Part shown: piece after piece, positions 55,632 through 64,000 of the stretch
Numbering within the stretch: position 1 is the first letter of the stretch
Layout: each line of letters starts with the position of its first letter
Assembly (NCBI GenBank): GCA_963662615.2
Contig: CAXXSR010000001.1
Location: 1,472,533 to 1,536,532, forward strand
Length of the DNA: 64,000 bases
Direction of reading: 5' to 3'
From: Dehalococcoidia bacterium
Lineage (GTDB): Bacteria > Chloroflexota > Dehalococcoidia > Bin125
The notes under the pieces: generated by a model
The model's input: only the letters and a program-made list of their open reading frames with translations
What the model was told of the DNA's origin: nothing
Database searches by the model: none
Position numbers and translations under genes: made by a program

Positions 55632-56501
55632 CTACCCGCCGCCTTCCGCCGCGGCCGGGCGCACAGCGCCCCACAGCTCCCGGATCTTCGCGCTGGGGTC
55701 GGGAGCCACGCAGAGCGCCTCCCCGATCATCACCGCATGCACGCCGGCGTCGCGCATGCGCTCCACATCTGCGCGCGTCTGCATGCCGCTCGCCGCCACG
55801 ACGGGAATGCCGTCCGGCACCCGCGGACGCAGCCGCTCGCTGGTGCTGAGATCATCGCGGAACGTGTGCAGGTCGCGATTATTGATGCCGATCGTCTTCG
55901 CGCCCGCCTCCAGCGCCATCTCCAATTCGGCCTCATCCGTGACCTCCACGAAGGCGGTCATGCACAGCTCCTCGCCGCAATGGATGAGGTCGCGCAGGGC
56001 CGCCGCTTCCAGCGTCTTCACGATGAGCAAGTAGGCATCGGCGCCCAGCGCGCGCGCCTCCGCCACCTGGTACGGATCGATGTGGAACTCCTTGCACAGC
56101 AGCGGCGGGCAGGGAGGGCCGGCGTCGCGTGCGTCGGCACTGAGCGCCGTGGCGACCTCGTCCAGCTCCAGATTGTCGGCATAGAAGTACGGCGACGTCA
56201 GCACGGAGATCGCGGCCGCGCCCGCGTCGCGGAAGGCCCGGGCCACACCGACGTGATCGATGCCGGCGGCGAAGGGCCCCTTGCTGGGCGAGCCCTTCTT
56301 CACCTCCGCCACGAGGCCCAAGCCCGGTTCAAGCAACGCCGCCCCGAAATCGCGCGGGGCCGGCCGCGCCACGGCCAAGTCGCGCAGGAACGGTTCCGGC
56401 TGCGCCCGCTTCGTCGCGGCCAAGGCCGCGCGGGTCTCCGCCACGATCCGGTCCAGGACCGATTCCCTCTGCGGCGAGCCGGCCCTCGACTTGTCGGTCA
56501 T
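55632..56501 (-). CDS. trpC: indole-3-glycerol phosphate synthase
   Basis: LVAEVKKGSPSKG..., ISVLT..., LCKEFHIDPYQ..., IGINNRDL... Confidence 0.9.
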   Translation of the reverse strand: MTDKSRAGSPQRESVLDRIVAETRAALAATKRAQPEPFLRDLAVARPAPRDFGAALLEPGLGLVAEVKKGSPSKGPFAAGIDHVGVARAFRDAGAAAISVLTSPYFYADNLELDEVATALSADARDAGPPCPPLLCKEFHIDPYQVAEARALGADAYLLIVKTLEAAALRDLIHCGEELCMTAFVEVTDEAELEMALEAGAKTIGINNRDLHTFRDDLSTSERLRPRVPDGIPVVAASGMQTRADVERMRDAGVHAVMIGEALCVAPDPSAKIRELWGAVRPAAAEGGG

Positions 56502-57538
56502 GACGACGCTCCCAGCTCCTGCGTCAGCTCCACGAAGCGCTCCAGCTTACGCAGCGCGCTCCCCTCGCGGATGCACGCGTCGGCACGGCGGACACCGTCG
56601 GCGAAGGTAGCCACTGCGTCGGCGGCCACGAGCGCGGCGGCGGCGTTGAGGGTGACGAAGCCCGTGAGCGGACCCGATCTGCCGCCCAGGACGTCGCACA
56701 TCGCCCGCGCGTTCGACGCCGCATCGCCGCCGACGACGTCTTTGAGCGGGACAGGGTCAATGCCGACGCCGGCGGGGTCGACCTCGTACCGCGCCACGGC
56801 CCCGTCCTTCAGCTCCCACACCATCGTGGGGCCGCACGGCGATACCTCGTCCAGCCCCTCCCGTCCGTGTACCACCAGACTGTGCGTGCTGCCCAACCGG
56901 CCCAGCGCCGTGGCGATCGTCTCCCCAATCTTCGGCGTCGCCACCCCAATGACTTGGTGTTTCGCACCCGCCGGGTTGGTCAGCGGCCCCAGGATGTTGA
57001 ACACGGTGCGGAAGCCCAACTCCCGCCGCACCGGCGCCACGTGCTTCATGGCCGGGTGAAAGGCCTGCGCGAACATGAAGCCGATACCGATCTCGTCGAT
57101 GCTCTTGGCGACGCTGGCCGGCTCCAGGTCGATGCGCGCATCTAGCGCCTCCAGGACGTCGGCGCTGCCGCAGGCCGACGACATGCCGCGATTGCCGTGC
57201 TTGGCCACCGGCACACCGCAGGCGGCCACTACGAACGCCGCGGCCGTGCTGACGTTGAAGGTGTGCTTGCCGTCGCCGCCGGTGCCGCAGGTATCGACCA
57301 CGCGCTCCACGCCGGGCACCTCCACCCGCACCACCTTCTCCCGCATCACGTGGGCAAAGCCCACGATCTCGTTCACGCTCTCGCCCTTCACCGCCAGGGC
57401 GGTGAGGAAGGCGCCCACCTGCGCCGGCGTGGGCCCCGCACCGGACATGATCTCGCGCAGCGCCGCGTAGGCCTCCTCCTCCGTCAGGTCGCGGCCCTCG
57501 CTGACGATGGCCCGCAGCGCGTCACCGATCGCGGTCAT
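56498..57538 (-). CDS. trpD: anthranilate phosphoribosyltransferase
   Basis: VDTCGTGGDGKHTFNVST..., AKHGNRGMSS..., NILGPLTNPAG. Confidence 0.9.
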   Translation of the reverse strand: MTAIGDALRAIVSEGRDLTEEEAYAALREIMSGAGPTPAQVGAFLTALAVKGESVNEIVGFAHVMREKVVRVEVPGVERVVDTCGTGGDGKHTFNVSTAAAFVVAACGVPVAKHGNRGMSSACGSADVLEALDARIDLEPASVAKSIDEIGIGFMFAQAFHPAMKHVAPVRRELGFRTVFNILGPLTNPAGAKHQVIGVATPKIGETIATALGRLGSTHSLVVHGREGLDEVSPCGPTMVWELKDGAVARYEVDPAGVGIDPVPLKDVVGGDAASNARAMCDVLGGRSGPLTGFVTLNAAAALVAADAVATFADGVRRADACIREGSALRKLERFVELTQELGASS

Positions 57539-57575
57539 GGTGCGTACCGAGTTCGGCTGAGGTGCGATCGCTCCA

Positions 57576-58172
57576 TCATCGCTGCTGAGCGAGGGTCCTC
57601 TCCTCCATCGCCAGGAAATTGCGCAGGAGGTCGTGCCCCACCTTGGTCATGATCGATTCGGGGTGAAACTGCACGCCCTCCAGCGCGTAGTCGCGGTGTC
57701 GCACGCCCTGCAACACCCCGGAGTCCGACCAGCTCGTCGCGATCAATTCAGCGGGCAGGGTGTCCGGATCGATGGCGAGGCTGTGGTAGCGGATCGCCTC
57801 GAACGGGTTGGGCAGGCCCGCGTAAACGCCCTCGCCGTCGTGGCGAATGGCGCTGGACTTGCCGTGCATGATCTCGCCCGCGCCCACGATCTCCGCCCCC
57901 AGGGCCGCGCCGATGCACTGATGCCCCAGGCACACGCCCAGCAGCGGCGTGCGACCGGCGAAGCGCCGCACCAGCTCTACGCTGATCCCCGCGTGCTCGG
58001 GCCGCTTGGGACCCGGCGAGATGACGATGTGGTCGGGCTCCAGCGCCTCGATCTCGTCCAGCGTGACCTGGTCGTTGCGAGCCACCGTCACCTCCCCACC
58101 CAGCTCGCTGAGGTACTGGAAGAGGTTGTAGGTGAAGGAGTCGTAGTTATCCAGGAGGAAGACGCGGCTCAC
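57576..58172 (-). CDS. trpG: anthranilate synthase component II (glutamine amidotransferase)
   Basis: LLDNYDSFTYNL..., GVCLGHQ..., QFHPES. Confidence 0.9.
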   Translation of the reverse strand: MSRVFLLDNYDSFTYNLFQYLSELGGEVTVARNDQVTLDEIEALEPDHIVISPGPKRPEHAGISVELVRRFAGRTPLLGVCLGHQCIGAALGAEIVGAGEIMHGKSSAIRHDGEGVYAGLPNPFEAIRYHSLAIDPDTLPAELIATSWSDSGVLQGVRHRDYALEGVQFHPESIMTKVGHDLLRNFLAMEERTLAQQR

Positions 58173-59215
58173 GGGCTGTTTCCGTCGCCGGAATCGCCGT
58201 CGTCGCGATGCTGACGGCGCTCACGAACGCGCGCCGCCTGCTTCTGCGCTTCCGCCAGGGCGGTCCGCACCCCTCGTTCCGCGACCTCGCGCGCCCGCGC
58301 CGTTCGCTTCTCGACCTCTCCCGCCCCCACGCGCGCCCGCGCCTCCAAGTCCTCGGCGGCGTGGCGCACCCGTCCCTCCAGCGCCTCCCGGCCCGCCGGG
58401 CCCTTGCGGCTCTCTCCCTGCGCGTCTCGCAACGCCACCATGGCTTCCACCGCGAAGGGGAAGCCCACGTAGAACGCGGCGGTCGTGATCAGCTCCTCCA
58501 CCTCCTCCACCGCGACACCGTTGTTGAAGGCGCCGGGGATGTGCAGCGCCAGCTCATCGACGCGCCCCAGCGCCGTCAGCGCGGAGACCGTGATCAGGCT
58601 GCGGTCGCGGCGCGGTAGCTGTGGGCGCGCCCACACTTCGCCAAAGAGCCACTCGCGCGCGAAGCCCGCAATGGGGCCCAGATCCCTGCCCGCTCCCGCC
58701 GTGGGGACGCCCGCGAACATCCCTTCCCTCACGCGCTGCATGTCCCGGCGACGCTCGTCGTCGGACTTGCGCTCGGCGGGGGCGCGGGGCGGCGGCTCGG
58801 CGCCGCCGGCGCGTTCCCGCAGCACGTCGCGCACCGTGTTCATCCCATCGATGGCCCGAGGGAAGCCGGCGTAGCCGGCCATGTGGACCATCAGCTCCTC
58901 GATCTCTTCCTCGCTGAGGCCGTGGTTGAGCCCGGCGCTGACATGGATGCGGAGCTGGTGGAGCTGGTTGAGCGCCGTCAGCATGGCGATGACGATCAGG
59001 CTGCGGTCGCGCCGCGAGATGCCGGGTCGCGTCCAGAGTTCGCCCAGGCAGGTGTCCAGGGCAAATGAGCCCAGGGCCCCGCGGCTCTTCTCCATCTCCT
59101 CGGCCCTGGCGGCGGCGGCGGCCGCATCAATGTCATGGATCGAGGCCAGCGCCTCCAGGCCCTTCGCTCGTCGATCAGCGTGCGTCTGTTCCGGCATCCG
59201 TAGATCCCTCCTCAC
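58169..59215 (-). CDS. double carboxymuconolactone decarboxylase (AhpD-like) domain protein embedded between trpE and trpG
   Basis: Two CMD-like halves (GELWTRPGISRRDRSLIVIAMLTAL...; GEVWARPQLPRRDRSLITVSALTAL...) plus a charged C-terminal tail. 4-nt overlap with the trpG start. Confidence 0.65.
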   Translation of the reverse strand: MRRDLRMPEQTHADRRAKGLEALASIHDIDAAAAAARAEEMEKSRGALGSFALDTCLGELWTRPGISRRDRSLIVIAMLTALNQLHQLRIHVSAGLNHGLSEEEIEELMVHMAGYAGFPRAIDGMNTVRDVLRERAGGAEPPPRAPAERKSDDERRRDMQRVREGMFAGVPTAGAGRDLGPIAGFAREWLFGEVWARPQLPRRDRSLITVSALTALGRVDELALHIPGAFNNGVAVEEVEELITTAAFYVGFPFAVEAMVALRDAQGESRKGPAGREALEGRVRHAAEDLEARARVGAGEVEKRTARAREVAERGVRTALAEAQKQAARVRERRQHRDDGDSGDGNSP

Positions 59216-59302
59216 CGCTCATCCGTGCTCTCATCCTGCCACCTCGCGGCCCTTGAATACCAGAGGCCGCTTGCGCTCTTTGCGGGTATGGGCCGCTTCC
59301 GC

Positions 59303-60799
59303 CTAATAGCCTAGGCTGCCGCGGCGCCCCTCCGCGGCGGCGCTTCGCGCCTCGGCGATATCCAGGGCGGTGAACAGCGCCTTCGCCTTGTTCACGGTCT
59401 CCTCGAATTCCGCCTGCGGCTTACTGTCGTAGACGATGCCGCCGCCCGCCTGCACCGCGGCGACGCCGTCCCGCATCACGATTGTACGGATCGTAATGGC
59501 CGTTTCCATGTTGCCCCCAAAGCCGAAGTAGCCCAGCGCGCCCGCGTAGGGACCGCGCTGGTCCTCTTCCAGCTCCGCGATGATCTCCATGGCGCGGATC
59601 TTGGGCGCGCCCGAGACCGTGCCGGCGGGGAAGGTGGCGCGAACGGCGTCAAAGCAATCCAGCTCCGGCCGCAGCTGCCCCTGCACCTGCGAGACCAGAT
59701 GCATGACGTGGCTGTAGCGCTCCACCTCCAGTTGCCGAGTGGCCCGGACGGTGCCGGGTACGCTGACCCGGCCAATGTCGTTGCGGCCCAGGTCCAGCAG
59801 CATGACGTGCTCGGCGAGTTCCTTCTCGTCCGAGCGAAGCTCCTGTTCCAGGGCCGCATCCTCCTCCGGCGAGGCGCCGCGAGGCCGCGTCCCGGCGATG
59901 GGGTTGGTCGCCACCACCCCCTCCTCCACGATGACCAGCAGCTCCGGCGACGTGCCGATGATCTGATGGTCCCCCATCTCCAGGTAGTACGTGTAGGGCG
60001 ACGGGTTCACCGTGCGCAAAGTGCGATAGACGTTGAGCGGGTGCACGAACGTCTCCCGCGAGAACCGCTGCGAGTAGACGCACTGAATCACGTCTCCCGC
60101 GACGATGTATTCGATGATCCGTCGCACGTCCGCCAGGTACTCTTCTCGGTCCATGTTGGAGCGGACGGGCCCCGTGGCCTGCGGCGGCGCGTCGCGCGGC
60201 AGCGGCGGCATGGTCCCCGCCAGCCGCTCCACCATCTCATCGATGCGGATCTGCGCCGTTCGGTACGCCTGCTCAATGTCGCCGTCGGCGCGAACGTGAC
60301 TCACCACTTTGATCACGTGCTTGAAATGGTCGAAGACCAGGACCGTATCGACGAACTGGAAGAGCGCCTCCGGGAGCTGAAGGGGATCATCGCTGGCAAC
60401 GGGCAGCCGCTCGAAATGGCGCACGGCCTCATAGGCCAGGTAGCCCACGGCGCCGCCGTGGAAGGGCGGCAGCTCCGGGTTAGCGATAAGCCGGAAGCGC
60501 TCCAGCTCCTCTTTGATCAGGTCCAGGGGGTCGGCGTCGCCGCCCGACGGCACGCGCAGCACCCGATACGGCTCCGTGCCGATTAACGAGTAGCGAGAGG
60601 GCCGCTCGCCCCCTTCCACCGATTCGAGCAGGAAGGAGTAGTCGCCGCGCTTCACCTTGAGGAACGCGGACACGGGCGTCTCCAGATCGGCGAGGACCTC
60701 CCGATAGACGGGGACGAGATTCCCCTCGCCGCTTCCGGCGAGCCGCTTGACCTCCTGCAGCGACGGTACGTGCATTGCTCTCCGCGTTTCCGCTGTCAA
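59303..60799 (-). CDS. trpE: anthranilate synthase component I
   Basis: LVPVYREVLADLETPVSAFLK..., ...GTRPRG..., LLDLGRNDIGRV..., GYFGFGGNMETAITIRT. Start is TTG 60799 or ATG 60775. Confidence 0.9.
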   Translation of the reverse strand: MTAETRRAMHVPSLQEVKRLAGSGEGNLVPVYREVLADLETPVSAFLKVKRGDYSFLLESVEGGERPSRYSLIGTEPYRVLRVPSGGDADPLDLIKEELERFRLIANPELPPFHGGAVGYLAYEAVRHFERLPVASDDPLQLPEALFQFVDTVLVFDHFKHVIKVVSHVRADGDIEQAYRTAQIRIDEMVERLAGTMPPLPRDAPPQATGPVRSNMDREEYLADVRRIIEYIVAGDVIQCVYSQRFSRETFVHPLNVYRTLRTVNPSPYTYYLEMGDHQIIGTSPELLVIVEEGVVATNPIAGTRPRGASPEEDAALEQELRSDEKELAEHVMLLDLGRNDIGRVSVPGTVRATRQLEVERYSHVMHLVSQVQGQLRPELDCFDAVRATFPAGTVSGAPKIRAMEIIAELEEDQRGPYAGALGYFGFGGNMETAITIRTIVMRDGVAAVQAGGGIVYDSKPQAEFEETVNKAKALFTALDIAEARSAAAEGRRGSLGY

Positions 60800-60955
60800 C
60801 GCCGCAATTCAACTGTCATACGCCACGCCACGAGAGGCGCCCACCGCGGTCTCTCCTCGGCGCGGGTCGCACTTTGGTGTGGGGCGCACCGACGGGATGT
60901 TCCCGACGCGGCCTCCTTCCACCACGAACTGCACCAACCCTCCTCTTCGCGATCG

Positions 60956-60982
60956 AAAAAAAATCCGCTCCTGAAGGAGCGG
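60956..60982 (-). terminator. intrinsic terminator inside the trpE leader
   Basis: Minus strand CCGCUCC-UUCA-GGAGCGG followed by A and eight U. It lies ~155 nt upstream of the trpE start and ~295 nt downstream of the gmk stop. Confidence 0.75.
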
Positions 60983-61277
60983 CGTCGATCCGCGCTGCCA
61001 CCCGTGTTCCCCGCCGCGCGGGTGCACGGCCGCGCACTCGATTCAAGGACGGCCTCACGGCGTGCTCGCGCATCCGCTGGAGCCTCGCAGCCCCTCCGTC
61101 GCAGGAAGGCCCCTCCTTCGAAACAAGGAAAGGCCCGCGCGCTGGGGCTCGCTTGACCGGGTACACTCCCCGTTCGGCGTCACGATTCCGTTGTGCCCCG
61201 ACCGTAGGGGCGACGGCGTCAGGCTGTCAATCGTAGCGCCGGGGCCGGCACGCGCCCAGCGTCCATTGCCCGCGCGG
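60956..61277 (-). promoter_or_regulatory. candidate T-box riboswitch leader (Trp) of the trp operon
   Basis: Minus strand 61010-60991 reads GGAACACGGGUGGCAGCGCG, versus the T-box core AAnnnGGGUGGnACCGCG. The 7-nt bulge UGGCAGC, a small helix GCGG/CCGC and UCC can form an antiterminator. Its 3' strand CCGCUCC is also the 5' arm of the terminator. The Stem I/specifier is not resolved. Confidence 0.45.
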
Positions 61278-61895
61278 CTACACGTGGACGGGGGGACGGT
61301 CCTTGCGGTCCCGCGCGGCCTGGAGGATGGCGAGCAGCTCGCCGATCGCCTCCTCTTCCCGGCCCTCGCGATTGACGATCACATGATCGAAGCGACCGCT
61401 CTCCGCCTCTTCATCACGGGCGGCGGCGAGCCGTCGTTCAAGGTCGAATTGAGCGTCGGCGGCGCGGCGGCGCAGGCGGCGTTCCAGGGTCGCCTGATCC
61501 GGCACGGTGATGAAGATCAGCACGGCGCCGGGAACCACGTCCCGCAGCGTCCGTGCGCCCTGGATATCGGTCCGGACCAGGACCGTCTTGCCGGCGGCCA
61601 GGAGCCGGCGCACCTGATCCCGGGGCACGCCGCTGCGATGCCCGTACACCTCCGCGTGCTCCAGGAAGCCGCCCGCCGCCAGCAGCGCGTCGAATTCGGC
61701 ATCCGAGAGGAAGAGGTGGTGGACGCCGTGTTGCTCGCCGGGACGCGGGGCGCGCGTCTTCGCGGTCGCCACCGTGGCGAGCTGCGGATCTCGGGTCAGG
61801 GCCGCGCGGAGGATGGTGTCCTTGCCGGCCCCCGACGGTCCCGAGATCACGGCCAGCAAGGGAGGGCCAGAGTCGGACTCGCGCGGGCTACTCAT
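61278..61895 (-). CDS. gmk: guanylate kinase
   Basis: LLAVISGPSGAGKDTIL...SVTTR-type region (TAKTRAPRPGE)...FLEHAEVYG. I prefer the ATG 61895 start. Confidence 0.85.
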   Translation of the reverse strand: MSSPRESDSGPPLLAVISGPSGAGKDTILRAALTRDPQLATVATAKTRAPRPGEQHGVHHLFLSDAEFDALLAAGGFLEHAEVYGHRSGVPRDQVRRLLAAGKTVLVRTDIQGARTLRDVVPGAVLIFITVPDQATLERRLRRRAADAQFDLERRLAAARDEEAESGRFDHVIVNREGREEEAIGELLAILQAARDRKDRPPVHV

Positions 61896-62190
61896 GCTCA
61901 CCCGCCATCGTCTCAGCCTCGTGCGACGATCGTTGGGCCCCGGCCCACCACTCGGAACCGATCCGACGGGTGATGGTCTCCGGCGCGATGGCCGCCAGCA
62001 CGACATGGCCGCTGTCCAGGATCAGCACCGCCTTGGCGCGGCGCCCGCTGGTCATGTCGATGATCTGGCCCGCGCCCTTACTCTCCTGCACCAGCCGTTT
62101 GGTGGGCGCCGAGCCGGGCGAGACGATCGCCACCACGCGATTGATGGCCAGGACGTTGCCGAAGCCAATGTGCACCAGTTCCGTCTGCAT
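61888..62190 (-). CDS. remA: RemA/DUF370-family protein
   Basis: MQTELVHIGFGNVLAINRVVAIVSPGSAPTKRLVQESKGAGQIIDMTSGRRAKAVLILDSGHVVL; AAGGA RBS. 8-nt overlap with gmk. Confidence 0.8.
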   Translation of the reverse strand: MQTELVHIGFGNVLAINRVVAIVSPGSAPTKRLVQESKGAGQIIDMTSGRRAKAVLILDSGHVVLAAIAPETITRRIGSEWWAGAQRSSHEAETMAGEHE

Positions 62191-62256
62191 GGCGCATCCT
62201 TTCGAGGTTCCGCATCGCGCGCGTGGGTTTCCCCAGCCCGGTTCGCGGCGCCGGCG

Positions 62257-62316
62257 GCGCTCAGGCTTTCGGCGCTCAAGCTTTCCGCGCTCAAGCCATC
62301 GGCACTCAAGCCATCG
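62257..62316 (-). repeat. four tandem 15-nt units, each ending in an in-frame TGA, at the 3' end of aroA
   Basis: Minus strand: GCG ATG GCT TGA / GTG CCG ATG GCT TGA / GCG CGG AAA GCT TGA / GCG CCG AAA GCC TGA. Confidence 0.85.
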
Positions 62317-63613
62317 CCGTGTCGCCCGTGATCTGCGCCAGGTCCCGCCAGAAGGTGGGATAGGAGATCGCGACGGTCTCTTCTCCCCGCAGCTGGCACT
62401 CCCCCTCCGCGACCAGCGCCGCCACCGCGGCGGCCATGGCGATGCGGTGGTCGCCCGCACTCTCCAACGCCGCACCGTGCAGGGGCCGCCCCCCCTCAAT
62501 ACGGAGCCCGTCCGCCCGCTCTTCCACCGTTGCGCCGAGCGCGCGCAGGAGGGCGGCGGTCGAGCGAATGCGGTCCGATTCCTTCAAGCCCAGCTCTGCG
62601 GCATCGCGGATTTCGGTGACGCCCTCGGCCAGCGCGGCCGCGACGGCCAGCACGGGCAGCTCGTCGATCGCGCGCGCCACCAGGTCGCCGTCGATGGTCG
62701 TGCCGCGCAGCCGAGCCGATCGCACCACGAGGTCGGCCACGGGCTCGGGCCCCATCATGCGCTCCTCACGCCGCTCGATGTCCGCGCCCATCGCCGTCAG
62801 GACGTCCAGCACGCCACTGCGAGTGGGATTGACCCCCACGGCGGGCAGGCACAGCTCCGCATCCGGGACGATGCTGGCCGCCACAAGCCAAAAGGCGGCG
62901 GCGCTGAGGTCGGCGGGGATGCGGACGTCCAGCGGCGCGAGCCCGTTGCCCGGGCGGATCTCAACGCTGGGCCCGTCCCGGCGGACGTCGACGCCCATCG
63001 CCTGCAGCAGCCGCTCGGTGTGGTCGCGGCTGGGCGCGATCTCCTCCAGCCGGGAGACGCCGTTGGCGGCCAGGGCGGCTAGCAGCACCGCGCTCTTCAC
63101 CTGCGCGCTGGCCGTCTCCAGCCGGCCCGCGAAGGGGCGCAGCGTCCCCCCGGAGGGGCCGCGCAGCGAGAGTGGGGCCCGCGTGCCGCCGTCCCGCCCG
63201 TCGACCTGAGCGCCCATCGCGCGGAGGGGGTTCAGCACGCGCGCCATGGGGCGGCGGCGCAGGGAGGCGTCGCCGGTGAGGACGGAGAAACCGTCCACCC
63301 CCGCCGCCACGCCGCAAAGCAGGCGCATGGTGGTGCCGCTGTTGCCACAGTCCAGCACCGTCGCGGGCTCCTGGAGCCGGCCAAGGCCCCGGCCGCGGAC
63401 ACGGACGCGTTCGCCCTCACGTTTGAACTGCGCGCCGTACGCCTTCAGACACTCCAGCGTCCGCAGGCAGTCGGCGGCGGGGAGGAAGCCGTCAATGACA
63501 GCGTCGCCCTCCGCGAGGGCATTGAGGATCAGCGCGCGATGGGAGATGGACTTGTCGCCGGGGACCGTCACGGTCCCCCGCAAGCGACGGACGGGTCGCA
63601 GTTGGACGGTCAT
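62306..63613 (-). CDS. aroA: 3-phosphoshikimate 1-carboxyvinyltransferase (EPSP synthase)
   Basis: TVPGDKSISHRALIL..., LDCGNSGTTMRLL..., ...GDHRIAMA. Confidence 0.9.
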   Translation of the reverse strand: MTVQLRPVRRLRGTVTVPGDKSISHRALILNALAEGDAVIDGFLPAADCLRTLECLKAYGAQFKREGERVRVRGRGLGRLQEPATVLDCGNSGTTMRLLCGVAAGVDGFSVLTGDASLRRRPMARVLNPLRAMGAQVDGRDGGTRAPLSLRGPSGGTLRPFAGRLETASAQVKSAVLLAALAANGVSRLEEIAPSRDHTERLLQAMGVDVRRDGPSVEIRPGNGLAPLDVRIPADLSAAAFWLVAASIVPDAELCLPAVGVNPTRSGVLDVLTAMGADIERREERMMGPEPVADLVVRSARLRGTTIDGDLVARAIDELPVLAVAAALAEGVTEIRDAAELGLKESDRIRSTAALLRALGATVEERADGLRIEGGRPLHGAALESAGDHRIAMAAAVAALVAEGECQLRGEETVAISYPTFWRDLAQITGDTAMA

Positions 63614-63637
63614 GGGCTCCCCCGCGACGACGCCGGA

Positions 63638-64000
63638 CTAGGGCCGCTCTCGCGCTGCACGAGCGCCCGGCGCAGCCCGTTTCGTGACCCCACGAAGACG
63701 CGCATAGATCTTAGGTCCCAGCAGCATCGCGGCCATGGATGGCCGCGAGTCCGGCACGGCGCCGCGGCGCGGTTGGTCCTCGAGGTCCTCGCCCGCAAGG
63801 AAGCGGGCGCGATCGCTCTGCGCATTGGCGAACTCGGCCAAGATCTCCTCGTTGGGCCCGTCCAGCAGATCGCGGAACCGCTTCAGCTCCAAGATGTAGC
63901 GGTCGAGCCAGTACTGGATCTCCTCGCGGTTCATGGAGGCGATGTCGGCGGCCAGATCAGGGTCGCCTGAGGCCAGGCGGGTGAGGTCGTGATAGGCGGG
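63638..64000 (-). CDS. tyrA: prephenate dehydrogenase, C-terminal part (partial, runs off the right edge)
   Basis: The frame is open to the window edge: PAYHDLTRLASGDPDLAADIASMNREEIQYWLDRYILELKRFRDLL resembles TyrA C-terminal helices. Confidence 0.55.
   Translation of the reverse strand, partial: PAYHDLTRLASGDPDLAADIASMNREEIQYWLDRYILELKRFRDLLDGPNEEILAEFANAQSDRARFLAGEDLEDQPRRGAVPDSRPSMAAMLLGPKIYARLRGVTKRAAPGARAARERP

Noticed and set aside
60919-60927. Tandem Trp codons (UCG UGG UGG) downstream of the leader terminator as a classical trp leader peptide
   Set aside because: That frame has no start codon between the terminator and the UGG pair. The codons also lie after, not before, the terminator, so the geometry does not fit ribosome-mediated attenuation.

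Overview
High-GC bacterial chromosomal window (roughly 65-70% G+C by eye) with strong G/C third-codon bias, which I used to choose reading frames. All homology calls come from motifs I recognise; no database search was run. The gene content (remA-gmk, a T-box-like leader, an aro/trp supraoperon, inositol-lipid genes, 'PVLSLSKG/FDRLRTNG'-type repeats) looks Chloroflexota/Thermomicrobia-like, but that is unverified.

Layout:
- 1-15.2 kb, + strand: a siphovirus-like tail and lysis module. It contains a tail tube gene, a G/GT chaperone pair with a -1 slippery site, a short tape-measure-like gene, a frame-broken distal tail protein, a fibre-like protein, a Gp37-like hub, membrane/holin-like proteins, an amidase endolysin and four tightly packed structural-looking genes. 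Its intergenic spacers are abnormally long and filled with several GC-rich repeat families. Three families are expanded into tandem arrays (71 bp x6, a nested ~88/176-bp array, 146 bp x3).
- 15.2-17 kb: a lower-GC islet with a BrnT/BrnA-like toxin-antitoxin pair and a divergent two-gene operon.
- 17-23 kb: a decayed matrixin-like gene, a thioredoxin-fold protein, a Cys-rich lipoprotein split over two frames, and gdh preceded by 86-bp tandem repeats.
- 23-31.4 kb: an inositol / phosphatidylinositol-mannoside-like lipid cluster (IMPase, ino1, two acyltransferases, a PHP phosphoesterase, a pimA-like gene, a PIP-synthase-like gene). It is interrupted by a HicB/HicB-HicA islet in which hicA is stop-disrupted.
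- 31.5-47 kb: housekeeping genes, including prfB with the classic +1 frameshift, folD, acpS, nnr, fabF, recJ, an EF-G paralog and an amidase.
- 47-64 kb, - strand: tyrS-ribF-scpA and an aromatic supraoperon (tyrA-aroA-remA-gmk | T-box-like leader | trpE-CMD-trpGDCFB-CPBP-trpA-aroH-DAHPS).

I found no rRNA, tRNA, CRISPR array, transposase or integrase. Four ORFs show frame or stop disruptions, so sequence quality versus true gene decay needs checking. The most unusual item is the repeat-invaded tail/lysis module. I see no clearly new multi-gene system that I can support beyond that.
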